Shown piece after piece: positions 43,659-51,898 of a DNA stretch of 64,000 bases. The notes under the pieces were generated by a model. The model had not been told where the DNA came from. It did not search any database and was given only the letters and a program-made list of their open reading frames with translations. The position numbers and the translations under genes are program-made. How positions within the stretch are numbered: position 1 is the first letter of the stretch; every line of letters begins with the position of its first letter. The stretch comes from a virus, in IMG/VR virus record IMGVR_UViG_3300021376_000010, one strand, 5' to 3'.

Positions 43659-43808
43659 ACACTTTTCAACCTCTTATTCTAATCAACACAAAACACAAAC
43701 ATATGTTTTTTAATACATTTTTTTTAATTATCTCTTATTACACAATCACATAAAAAAAGATAATTATCTCTTATTCTTACTGATTCATCTCTTGTTTCTT
43801 GAATTGTA

Positions 43809-44105
43809 TTAGTAAGAAGCAGCTTCGAGTGTAATGTTTTCTTTTCTTGAGAGTTGATCGACTTGATAAGAGATTTCTTCATTCATACAATTATACACAG
43901 TCTCATAGATTACATCATAACAATCTAAATTAGAAAGAACTTCCTCTGCAAGTTCATCATTGTATGGATAAACAATTTCATTTGTAACTGGGTCATAATG
44001 CTCTAATTCTTTTACATCTTGTTTTGTATAAAGAAGAGAAAAGACCGTATCATTCGGATTCATCTTTTCCAGTTGATGAATAACGTCTTTGACTGTTTGT
44101 TTCAT
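43809..44105 (-). CDS. Acidic hypothetical protein (98 aa), paralog-like to 57083-57349
   Basis: ORF track; translational coupling. Confidence 0.75.
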   Translation of the reverse strand: MKQTVKDVIHQLEKMNPNDTVFSLLYTKQDVKELEHYDPVTNEIVYPYNDELAEEVLSNLDCYDVIYETVYNCMNEEISYQVDQLSRKENITLEAASY

Positions 44106-44296
44106 TTGTTTAGGGCAATCAGTTCTTGATGAATAGTAAGTACATCATATTCATCATCTACTTCGTTTAGATCAACAGGTGCAAATTCAGAAAGATTTAC
44201 AGTGTTGTCTGCGTAGATAGGAGCATAATACAACTCTTGAGAATCAGTGTCAAGAGTGAAAATGCAACCGTAATCTTCTTTGCGAATGAGAATCAT
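44102..44296 (-). CDS. Hypothetical protein (64 aa)
   Basis: ORF track; ATGA overlap. Confidence 0.7.
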   Translation of the reverse strand: MILIRKEDYGCIFTLDTDSQELYYAPIYADNTVNLSEFAPVDLNEVDDEYDVLTIHQELIALNK

Positions 44297-44624
44297 TTGA
44301 AGGAATTAAGAATAATCAGAAGTTCGTTACCGTCGATTGCTCTAGACAGCAATTCGATTTTAGTTTTCTTTTTCATCAGTTGGACATTACTTTGTTGAAC
44401 AGAGAATCATAAGCATCTTCATTCATCCAATCAGGAATGTCTCCATCAATGAATTGAAGAACAGATTGAAGAACTTCTAATTCTTCAGGAGTGAATCGGA
44501 AAATCATTTCTTCCATTTGATTTCTTGTGCTTTGAAATACTTGTATTCTCGAATAAAAACTTTAATTGCCCAGATTGCAGTTGCAGTCTTACCAATTAAA
44601 AGTATCCAACCAACTGTTACCATT

Positions 44625-44786
44625 TTAGTTACTCACTTGACGTTGATTCAATCGAGCAGGAGATCCACAAGAACGGTAAAACTCTACCATTCTTTCTGCT
44701 TCCTCAAGAGTGTTAAAATATTGACTTCTCCACTCACAATCATTGTAAGGAATTTGATAAGAAACTTCAAACATTTGTTTAGACAT
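44625..44786 (-). CDS. Hypothetical protein (53 aa), tandem paralog B
   Basis: MSKQMFEVSYQIPYNDCEWRSQYFNTLEEAE..VEFY. Confidence 0.75.
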   Translation of the reverse strand: MSKQMFEVSYQIPYNDCEWRSQYFNTLEEAERMVEFYRSCGSPARLNQRQVSN

Positions 44787-44934
44787 TTTGAGTGTTGATA
44801 ACTTGAGCAGGAAAACCAATAAAAGAATTATAAAACTCTACGGCATCTTCTGCTTCTTGAAGTGTATCATAGAATCGAGTTCTCCACTCATTTGTATATG
44901 GAACTTGAAAAGAGATTTGATACATTTCAGGCAT
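44779..44934 (-). CDS. Hypothetical protein (51 aa), tandem paralog A
   Basis: Manually translated MPEMYQISFQVPYTNEWRTRFYDTLQEAEDAVEFY.. Confidence 0.75.
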   Translation of the reverse strand: MPEMYQISFQVPYTNEWRTRFYDTLQEAEDAVEFYNSFIGFPAQVINTQNV

Positions 44935-45124
44935 TGATCAGAGTTTGCAGTTGATTGAAATCTTTACATTGTGCTGCTTGAATTGCTTTGGTGATGGAAT
45001 AAGTCACAAAACCACAACGTTCAGTCTTGGTTTCACACACAGCATAAACAGGTTGTTTCGTCTGAATGTCGAAAACAGTCTTAATCAGCATTGGTTGTTT
45101 GTTTATGTGGGACAGATGAAAGAT

Positions 45125-45298
45125 TTAGATGCGAGCAAGAGCATCTTTCTTTTGCTTCGGATTGGAAACTTTCTTCACCCAAGAAGATTTACGATGCGAT
45201 TGAATCTGCGAAGGAAGTTTTTGCTTACCCTGAACTTCATCAATCAGTTGAATGAAATGAATGAAGAATTGCTTTTCCATCCGTTGTGCAGCAGTCAT
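45125..45298 (-). CDS. Basic hypothetical protein (57 aa)
   Basis: Manually translated MTAAQRMEKQ..LARI; first gene after the 45361 promoter. Confidence 0.65.
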   Translation of the reverse strand: MTAAQRMEKQFFIHFIQLIDEVQGKQKLPSQIQSHRKSSWVKKVSNPKQKKDALARI

Positions 45299-45360
45299 CT
45301 TGATTCAAATAAAGAATTAGACTTAGGTGGGACAGTGCGACCTGCTCCCTCCACCCTCTT

Positions 45361-45417
45361 AATATAGCACCTTTTGGGGTCTGTGCTCTTTTAGTGTGCC
45401 ACTAGAACAAGTGGCAC
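45361..45417 (-). promoter_or_regulatory. Early promoter cassette
   Basis: GTGCCACTAGAACAAGTGGCAC (45396-45417), 29 bp, TGcTATATT. Confidence 0.8.
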
Positions 45418-45458
45418 ATCGCATAGTTGGACTCACATGAGTTGATGCTACCTTTGAA

Positions 45459-45713
45459 TCAAAGGTGAGAGAGAACTTTCATCATTGCAGAAACTTCTGC
45501 TTTTGTATTCCAACCCATTACATCTTCTGTCATATTACCATTCGGTCGGAAGATTGCAACCTCATAAGTATTCTCATTGATATTACCATACAAACCACAG
45601 TTCGGAGGACCAGCAACAACAGAAATACTCCAATCATTCTCAAACTTATGTCGTGCAGCAATCGCACCAGAAATACCATTCAGATGCGGTTGAAATTGAA
45701 GAAGGTCAAACAT
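45459..45713 (-). CDS. Hypothetical phage protein
   Basis: FENDWSISVV..GLYG..TYEVAIF motif seen in many phage early proteins. Confidence 0.7.
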   Translation of the reverse strand: MFDLLQFQPHLNGISGAIAARHKFENDWSISVVAGPPNCGLYGNINENTYEVAIFRPNGNMTEDVMGWNTKAEVSAMMKVLSHL

Positions 45714-45717
45714 TGTA

Positions 45718-46050
45718 TCAAACAAGTTGTTGGGACAGTGCATACTTAACAATCTCAGTGCGATTGTCTTTATATTGAATCAGCAAATCAATAATTGGTT
45801 TGTAATCATTTGGGTCTTGAATTTCTGGGTCACACTCATCATCGGCAAGTGCAGTAAAAATAGTTGCAATTTCAAAGTCCGACTCAAACAAATGCTCCCG
45901 ATGCTCGTCAATTAGTAGATAATCTTCAATAGCATTAGAACTCAGTTTCAGTGGAATGTCAGGACCAATCAAACCAAGAGTTGCAAGTCGTTCCAATGCA
46001 CCAACAACCCACATTACTTTACACTCACCAACAGACATTTGTGCGTTCAT
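45718..46050 (-). CDS. Hypothetical protein
   Basis: ORF track, start adjusted to ATG. Confidence 0.7.
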   Translation of the reverse strand: MNAQMSVGECKVMWVVGALERLATLGLIGPDIPLKLSSNAIEDYLLIDEHREHLFESDFEIATIFTALADDECDPEIQDPNDYKPIIDLLIQYKDNRTEIVKYALSQQLV

Positions 46051-46091
46051 TGTATCAAGAATCAAAGGGGAAAAAAGAAAGGGTGTTTAAC

Positions 46092-46766
46092 TCACACCCC
46101 ACAGAGTTGTTTAGTCACAGAACCAGATGCTTGACGGTTCAAAGAAACACCAGCACCAACATTGGAACCAGCATAAGCACCAGCACCGTTAGCACCATTC
46201 ATCTTCTTTGCACGTCCAAATCGCATCGTGGAGAGTTTGCTCTTCACTGCATCAGCATCATCATGCACTCGACCTTCTGCTTCTTTCATTTCACGCAGAC
46301 GTTCTGCAACCTTATCAGCAAATGCTTTACGGAAGTTCAATTTGAAACTGCGGGAAACAGTTTTACCAGTCAAATCTGCCATAACTTTTTCTGCTTTATG
46401 TGCAACATCTGCCTCTTTCTCCATCACCTGCACCAGGTAATCATAATAGAGACGCACTTGGATTTGTTGTGCTTCACTACCAATCACTTGCAGAGACTTA
46501 GTATCACCATTCTTCAGGTATGCCATTGCATCATAGAACTTTGCAATCGCATTAGCAATCGTAGTCAGAGCAACATTAGTTTTCTTGAAAGAGATAAAAG
46601 ACTCATCAAGAACTTGAGTTTCAGTTGCTTCAGAGATTGTTACACCATACTGCTTGCACAGTTTATCAATCATCTTAGCAGCAGCATCTGCTTCACCCTC
46701 AAAAGAAGTTCCATTCTGAAGTTTCAGGATGGATTGAATCTTTGCGATGACTTGCTGACGTTCCAT
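46092..46766 (-). CDS. DUF2786-domain protein (224 aa)
   Basis: N-terminal KIQSILKL..EGEADAAAKMIDKLCKQYG; C-terminal FRKAFA..V.ERL. Confidence 0.7.
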   Translation of the reverse strand: MERQQVIAKIQSILKLQNGTSFEGEADAAAKMIDKLCKQYGVTISEATETQVLDESFISFKKTNVALTTIANAIAKFYDAMAYLKNGDTKSLQVIGSEAQQIQVRLYYDYLVQVMEKEADVAHKAEKVMADLTGKTVSRSFKLNFRKAFADKVAERLREMKEAEGRVHDDADAVKSKLSTMRFGRAKKMNGANGAGAYAGSNVGAGVSLNRQASGSVTKQLCGV

Positions 46767-46815
46767 AATCAAATAAAGAATGGGACTCGGGTGGGACTGC
46801 TCCCTCCACCCTCTT

Positions 46816-46872
46816 AATCTACCAGAAAAAAGTTCCAGTGCTCTTTTAGTGTGCCACTAGAACAAGTGGCAC
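46816..46872 (-). promoter_or_regulatory. Early promoter cassette
   Basis: GTGCCACTAGAACAAGTGGCAC (46851-46872), 29 bp, TGgTAGATT. Confidence 0.8.
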
Positions 46873-47030
46873 GTCTCAACACTGGACTCACCGAGTTGTG
46901 CTGATAATGTCAGCAACAGTGTAAAGAGTATTTGCAGTTAGGTTTCTCACACTAGGAGAGAAAATAAATGCAACTGCAAAGATGAGAATTATAGTTTTCA
47001 TCTTATTTGGTGCCTTAAATGTTAATGTCT

Positions 47031-47252
47031 TCACTTATCAATCAGTTCGGTACGACCCTCATCCATCAAATCACCGAAAGCATACATCACATCTTTCTCA
47101 ATGCGAGCAAGATTATCTAAAGTCCAGTTATCCCAAATCTCATCATCACCATCATACAACTCTTCAATCCAATAGTGAAAGCAATTCACATCCCAGTTAT
47201 ACAGATTATTGAGTGCTTCACAGATAGCATCAGACAGTTCTGCTTGAGTCAT
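47031..47252 (-). CDS. Acidic hypothetical protein (73 aa)
   Basis: ORF track. Confidence 0.7.
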   Translation of the reverse strand: MTQAELSDAICEALNNLYNWDVNCFHYWIEELYDGDDEIWDNWTLDNLARIEKDVMYAFGDLMDEGRTELIDK

Positions 47253-47280
47253 TGTTTTACTTTAGTTGTGATGGAAAAAA

Positions 47281-47469
47281 TCAGGCACAGATGGAATAGA
47301 GTTTATCAAACTCGTATTCACCATCTTCACCCTCAACTGCCTGATAAACAATCACAGTTTCACCAGACAGTTCAACACTCCAATCAAGAGCATCTTCTTT
47401 GGCATTATCTACATCTTGATACCACTCAGCATCAATCAGGTCAAAAGAGACAGGGCAAGAAAGAAACAT
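47281..47469 (-). CDS. Acidic hypothetical protein (62 aa)
   Basis: ORF track, start adjusted to MFLSCP. Confidence 0.65.
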   Translation of the reverse strand: MFLSCPVSFDLIDAEWYQDVDNAKEDALDWSVELSGETVIVYQAVEGEDGEYEFDKLYSICA

Positions 47470-47563
47470 CGGAGTCAAAAACAAATGAATTAGTTTGATG
47501 GTGCAAGTGTGATACACCTCATCAGGATGTAACAGGGACTTGCACTCTATCGTTTCTATTTAA

Positions 47564-47767
47564 TCAGACTGCGGCAAGATAAGCAGCAATCTCATCATCA
47601 TTCTCGGGACAATCAGCAATTCCCAGGTCTTCACAAACTTGCTCACGAGTGAGTTCAGTTTGCTCAGGAACCAGAACATTCAGAATGTCAAGAATCTGAG
47701 TTCCAGTCTGCCCCTTGCGAAGCATACCGAGCATCACATCAGCAGAAAAAGTAGCAACAGCAGTCAT
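47564..47767 (-). CDS. Hypothetical protein (67 aa)
   Basis: ORF track; first gene after the 47880 promoter. Confidence 0.7.
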   Translation of the reverse strand: MTAVATFSADVMLGMLRKGQTGTQILDILNVLVPEQTELTREQVCEDLGIADCPENDDEIAAYLAAV

Positions 47768-47879
47768 TTTGATTAAGATAGAGTTTGAGTTGAAGTGATG
47801 AGGTTAGATAACAGCATACTTGCCAAGATGCCATTTGACGTTATCGAGGTGGTCTTATTGCCTCCCTCACCACCCCTAT

Positions 47880-47936
47880 ACAATACCACATTTTGGACCC
47901 CGTGCTCATTTACTGTGCCACTAGAACAAGTGGCAC
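47880..47936 (-). promoter_or_regulatory. Early promoter cassette
   Basis: GTGCCACTAGAACAAGTGGCAC (47915-47936), 29 bp, TGgTATTGT. Confidence 0.75.
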
Positions 47937-48201
47937 ATCGCATAGTTGGACTCGGTGAGAATGGATTTTGCTCGGAAGCACCAACCCCCTGAGTCCTATG
48001 CGGGACACATAATGAGACCGAGAAGAGTTTTTGTTTCTTCTCTGATTCTACCTGCAACCTAGGCACCCCTCCCCGCAGGATGCAGTCCCATTGCAGTCTC
48101 GTGTGAAACTGTTGATTTGGGATTTTTCCGCAATCTGGGGTTCAGGTGCCCTAGGTCATTGGCAGCAGTCTCATCGACGGTCTATCTGAAACTGTTGAGA
48201 A

Positions 48202-48387
48202 TCAGGCAGATTCCAGCAGTTCGGGATTGTATTCCTCAACTTCAGTGAGAAGTTCCTCATCAGTGTAGGCAGAAAGATTCTCTTTCAGAGAACTATAAAC
48301 AAAACACTCCATTGTTTTATAATCCATATTCTCAATGAGTGTTTGGATGTAGTCTTCAGTGAGTTGTGCGCGGTTAAAATCAGACAT
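48202..48387 (-). CDS. Acidic hypothetical protein (61 aa)
   Basis: ORF track. Confidence 0.7.
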   Translation of the reverse strand: MSDFNRAQLTEDYIQTLIENMDYKTMECFVYSSLKENLSAYTDEELLTEVEEYNPELLESA

Positions 48388-48388
48388 T

Positions 48389-48595
48389 TCAGTAGGATTC
48401 AGAAATTACAAGGTAATCAAGTGAATTGACACACCAACCAGTTTGGTCGGAAATCAAATCAGCAAGTTCATCTTCATTATCAACTTCAAAGACTTCACCA
48501 ATCACAGATTTAGCAACTGCAACCTGCTCATCATAGGGAAGTTCATCTTCCCCATCATAAAAGTCAAACTCAATGTCAGTTAGTTTCAGAAGCAT
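48389..48595 (-). CDS. Acidic hypothetical protein (68 aa)
   Basis: TDIEFDF..LADLISDQTGWCV motif. Confidence 0.75.
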   Translation of the reverse strand: MLLKLTDIEFDFYDGEDELPYDEQVAVAKSVIGEVFEVDNEDELADLISDQTGWCVNSLDYLVISESY

Positions 48596-48846
48596 TAGAC
48601 TGCACCATGGAAAGGATTGGCAAGTTGTGGAATCGTATTAAAATCTATAACTTCATAAGGAACATTATGATTGAGATACTCATTGATTTCTCTGTTCATC
48701 TCAACTTTATTGAGAAACTTCTTGGATTGACTTTGACCCATAAAGGTCAATACTTTCAAAAACCAAGTTTTAGAAACATCACCAAAAGGTGTTTTGATGG
48801 GGTAGAAATCTACCACCATATTACCATCGTTAGATTGAAGTTTCAT
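48595..48846 (-). CDS. Hypothetical protein (83 aa)
   Basis: ORF track; coupled start/stop. Confidence 0.7.
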   Translation of the reverse strand: MKLQSNDGNMVVDFYPIKTPFGDVSKTWFLKVLTFMGQSQSKKFLNKVEMNREINEYLNHNVPYEVIDFNTIPQLANPFHGAV

Positions 48847-48994
48847 CAGAAATCGTATTCGTAGGAGTTTGCAATTTCAATTGACTGAAGGATGTGTTCA
48901 TAATCCTTCTTTTCTTCCTCATTGAACTCGTATGCTTGTTGTTCCAAGCAATAGAGAATCAATTCAACTGCCTTGTCTTGAAGATAAAGTCGCA

Positions 48995-49390
48995 TCAGAA
49001 TTGAGTGTCGAACACAAAACCACCTTCATAAACGCAATCGAGATTCTCGAAACTTGCTTCCCAATCAATCTCCAGAAAACCAGGCATGTCCGTAGTATAA
49101 CAGTCATTCACAAAGTTTTCTACATATTCACCTTTAGAACTCCAAGCACCACGGTAGGAATCTTGGAAACCAGGAAGTTGGTCGAGACCATAATACTCAA
49201 CAAAAGCATCTACTGCTTCATAAGAATAATCCTCACCAAGTTCACAGTAATCTTCGTAGAACTTTACGAGGTTATCTTCACCGTGCTCACCGATGAACTC
49301 ATAAATGTCTTCGTCGGAATAGTTATTCTCAACAAGTTCTTTGATGAACTCAACAGTCGATTCTTTGAGATTCACTTCGATTGCAGGCAT
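48995..49390 (-). CDS. ArdA-like antirestriction (DNA-mimic) protein (131 aa)
   Basis: Very acidic; FQDSYRGAWSS..YVENFV..MPGFLEIDWEA resembles the ArdA C-terminal domain. Confidence 0.6.
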   Translation of the reverse strand: MPAIEVNLKESTVEFIKELVENNYSDEDIYEFIGEHGEDNLVKFYEDYCELGEDYSYEAVDAFVEYYGLDQLPGFQDSYRGAWSSKGEYVENFVNDCYTTDMPGFLEIDWEASFENLDCVYEGGFVFDTQF

Positions 49391-49418
49391 TGGGTCTCTC
49401 AACCTCGATTACTTTGTA

Positions 49419-49477
49419 ATGATAGCACCCTCAGCAGGGGTTTGGAGAGTGTAGTGTGCCACCTCTACAAGTGGCAC
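49419..49477 (-). promoter_or_regulatory. Early promoter cassette
   Basis: GTGCCACCTCTACAAGTGGCAC (49456-49477), 31 bp, TGcTATCAT. Confidence 0.8.
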
Positions 49478-49656
49478 AGTCTCACTCAAGACTCACTCAT
49501 CATACCAGTATTCATAATCTCTGATAATGTCATCTGGATGATTATACTTATCAGTCATACGGTCAATAAAGTCTTGAACTTCACCATCATCCAAATCGGC
49601 ATTAAAATAAATCGTGAGATTCACAGATTTATATTGAGTCACGGTCGTTTGTTCCA

Positions 49657-50049
49657 TTAAAATTGTTGTTCGATTAAATTAGAAAGTTCATTGAAAGTGT
49701 AACCCGAATCGTTTAGGTTGGCAATCTCATCGTGATAAAACCAATCATCCTCATCATTATCAGTTACATCCACTCGGACATTTGGATTGCCATGTGATAA
49801 TCCTGCCCAATCCCTAACTGAATCAGGAGTGAACTCACTTTGGTCATCAAAATACCAATAGTCCTGAGATTGAAGATTAGTTTCTGCAATACCCCTGAAC
49901 TCCCATTTAACATCGTGTTCTTGTGAATACAAATCGCACAGAACACCAAGGCAGCAATAACCACTCACACTGCGGAGTTTCTCACTGCCTTGCTCGTATT
50001 TACCAGAACGCAGAGCATCAATCCACTTTTGCTTAACTTCAGGATTCAT
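49657..50049 (-). CDS. Conserved phage hypothetical protein (130 aa)
   Basis: KWIDALRSGKYEQG..CCLGVLCD..LND.G.TF.E motif. Confidence 0.8.
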   Translation of the reverse strand: MNPEVKQKWIDALRSGKYEQGSEKLRSVSGYCCLGVLCDLYSQEHDVKWEFRGIAETNLQSQDYWYFDDQSEFTPDSVRDWAGLSHGNPNVRVDVTDNDEDDWFYHDEIANLNDSGYTFNELSNLIEQQF

Positions 50050-50232
50050 TTTAGTTTTCAACATCATTTACGTCCTCAAACCAAGTGTCGAGTGAATTAA
50101 AGATTTCAGTTACGATGCTATCAGTAATAGCATCAATGTGTGGATTCTCTACATGCTTAAAAGCACGATTGTATCCAAACCTTACACCTTCTTCGATTGC
50201 CATTTCAAGAACAGCACGGAATCTAGGTTTCA

Positions 50233-50439
50233 TCATAATACCTCCCAATCACATTCCCAAAAGTCATTGACATTTACCCAGAAGAAATATTTTTTATTCT
50301 CTGATGCGAGAAACAACATACCATCACCCTTGTCTTGCTCTACAATGCAAGTTGGGTTGTTATCCATTACATTGCAAAGTCTATTCTTTGCTTTCTTGGA
50401 TTTAGGTCTAACAATTACTTTGCGTGGATGCGACATCAA
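50233..50439 (-). CDS. Hypothetical protein (68 aa)
   Basis: V.PKSKKAKNR..FLAS.N.KYFFWV. Confidence 0.7.
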   Translation of the reverse strand: MMSHPRKVIVRPKSKKAKNRLCNVMDNNPTCIVEQDKGDGMLFLASENKKYFFWVNVNDFWECDWEVL

Positions 50440-50642
50440 TTTACAGCAAGGACAAGATTGGCAACTCGGTTCTCAGGAACAAACTCTTGCAACCTGTCAT
50501 AAACCTTTTGGAATTGAACTCCCAGATTCATGTAATAAGCAGCAAGATTGTGGTCTTCTGCAAGATACAGAGAATCTTCTTTCTCTTCAAGTGCAGAGAT
50601 AATGTCCAGCAACTCACCAGATGTAAAAGAGATTGAAGTCAT
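50436..50642 (-). CDS. Hypothetical protein (68 aa)
   Basis: ORF track; ATGA overlap. Confidence 0.7.
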   Translation of the reverse strand: MTSISFTSGELLDIISALEEKEDSLYLAEDHNLAAYYMNLGVQFQKVYDRLQEFVPENRVANLVLAVN

Positions 50643-50839
50643 TTGATGTCAAAGATGTCGAACAGTTCTCGTTGAGTTTTGGTGAACAAAGTATCTTCAG
50701 GAGGATACTCATAGAGTTCCAACTCAAACTCTTTGTAGAAATACATAATGTCCCGAAGAGCAGTCAGTTGCTTCTCAGTCAGGATTTCTTCAATCGTCAG
50801 CACAGTTTCAAGCATAGTTTCAGTAATCAGTTCCGTCAT
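50639..50839 (-). CDS. Acidic hypothetical protein (66 aa)
   Basis: ORF track, start adjusted. Confidence 0.65.
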   Translation of the reverse strand: MTELITETMLETVLTIEEILTEKQLTALRDIMYFYKEFELELYEYPPEDTLFTKTQRELFDIFDIK

Positions 50840-51007
50840 TTTCACATTCTTGAATCCAATAAGCATAGCACGGAAAGTTCAGAGGATGGTCTACATTCCG
50901 TTTATACCAATCAAATGCAAGTCGCACTCGATTCTCTGGCACCTGCAAATAAGGAATGTTTGTCAGATGCGGGGTGTAAGTCATTGGACTTCCTCAATCA
51001 TGAATCC

Positions 51008-51066
51008 ATAATACCCCAGAATCCCAGGCACCGCAACCGCATCTGTGCCACCCCTACAAGTGGCAC
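51008..51066 (-). promoter_or_regulatory. Early promoter cassette
   Basis: GTGCCACCCCTACAAGTGGCAC (51045-51066), 31 bp, TATTAT. Confidence 0.75.
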
Positions 51067-51073
51067 ACCAGGG

Positions 51074-51892
51074 TCAGTAAATCGCAATTAGTTCTTTAAC
51101 TTTTCCTCTTGATTCATTGCTCGCACCTACACTGCGAGTAACATCAACTTCAATAATCTTTCTTGCATCACAATAGAGTTCTCTTGCCCTCTCTACATCA
51201 TGATTGCTGATAATTACTTTTGCTCCTTGACTTTTTAGATACTTTGCAAGTTCAACTAATCGGATTTGGTCTGAATCAGTAAATCCCTCGGTGTGATAAT
51301 CTGTAAAATTAGATGTTTCACTCAATGGAATGTAAGGTGGGTCAAAATAAACAACAGTTTTATCATTGATGTTTTGATACAACTTCATTTCAGAGAAATC
51401 AAGAGAGTGCATGTATAGTTGATTCTTCTCTCTCATTGTGTTGGTGAAGTTAATCATCTCAATCCTTGGGAAAGTCACACTCTTATACTTTCCGAAAGGA
51501 ACATTATACTTACCTTGTTTGTTGTATCGAGTCAATCCATTGAAACTGTGTTTGTTCAGATAGACAAACAATGCAGACTTCTCTCTTTTGTCTGTAGTTT
51601 CATTGAACAGTTCTCGATTTCTATAGAAAACTACTTCATCATTTCCTTCAATGAAGTATGACTCACAATAATCAACAAAGTCTTTTCCTTCAGAAATTAA
51701 ATGTTGATAAATCTGAATCAAATCACTATTTGCATCATTGATAACAATGACTGGGCAATCTACAATGTTCAGTGATACACTTGCTGCACCACTGAACGGT
51801 TCAATAAATTGAGTTGGATACCCAATAATAGGAATAAGTTGGGGCAGCAGTCTAAACTTACCACCTGCCCACTTTAGAAAAGGTTTATTCAT
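51074..51892 (-). CDS. dam: Dam-like DNA adenine methyltransferase (D12 class)
   Basis: FLKWAGGK, FIEPFSG, IND.N, FNGLTRYN..G.YNVPFG, YFDPPY, IISNH. Confidence 0.93.
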   Translation of the reverse strand: MNKPFLKWAGGKFRLLPQLIPIIGYPTQFIEPFSGAASVSLNIVDCPVIVINDANSDLIQIYQHLISEGKDFVDYCESYFIEGNDEVVFYRNRELFNETTDKREKSALFVYLNKHSFNGLTRYNKQGKYNVPFGKYKSVTFPRIEMINFTNTMREKNQLYMHSLDFSEMKLYQNINDKTVVYFDPPYIPLSETSNFTDYHTEGFTDSDQIRLVELAKYLKSQGAKVIISNHDVERARELYCDARKIIEVDVTRSVGASNESRGKVKELIAIY

Positions 51893-51898
51893 TAAAAA

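Larger units (their letters stand above)
42780..43805. other. ~1 kb non-coding region, candidate replication origin
   Basis: No credible ORF. Contains AT-rich tracts, a DnaA-box cluster, divergent promoters and short iterated motifs. Lies at the boundary between early and late modules. Confidence 0.6.

Noticed and set aside
45951-46817. 288-aa plus-strand ORF, and similar plus-strand ORFs at 48932 and 51959
   Set aside because: Antisense to well-supported minus-strand genes, with no recognisable motifs or promoter
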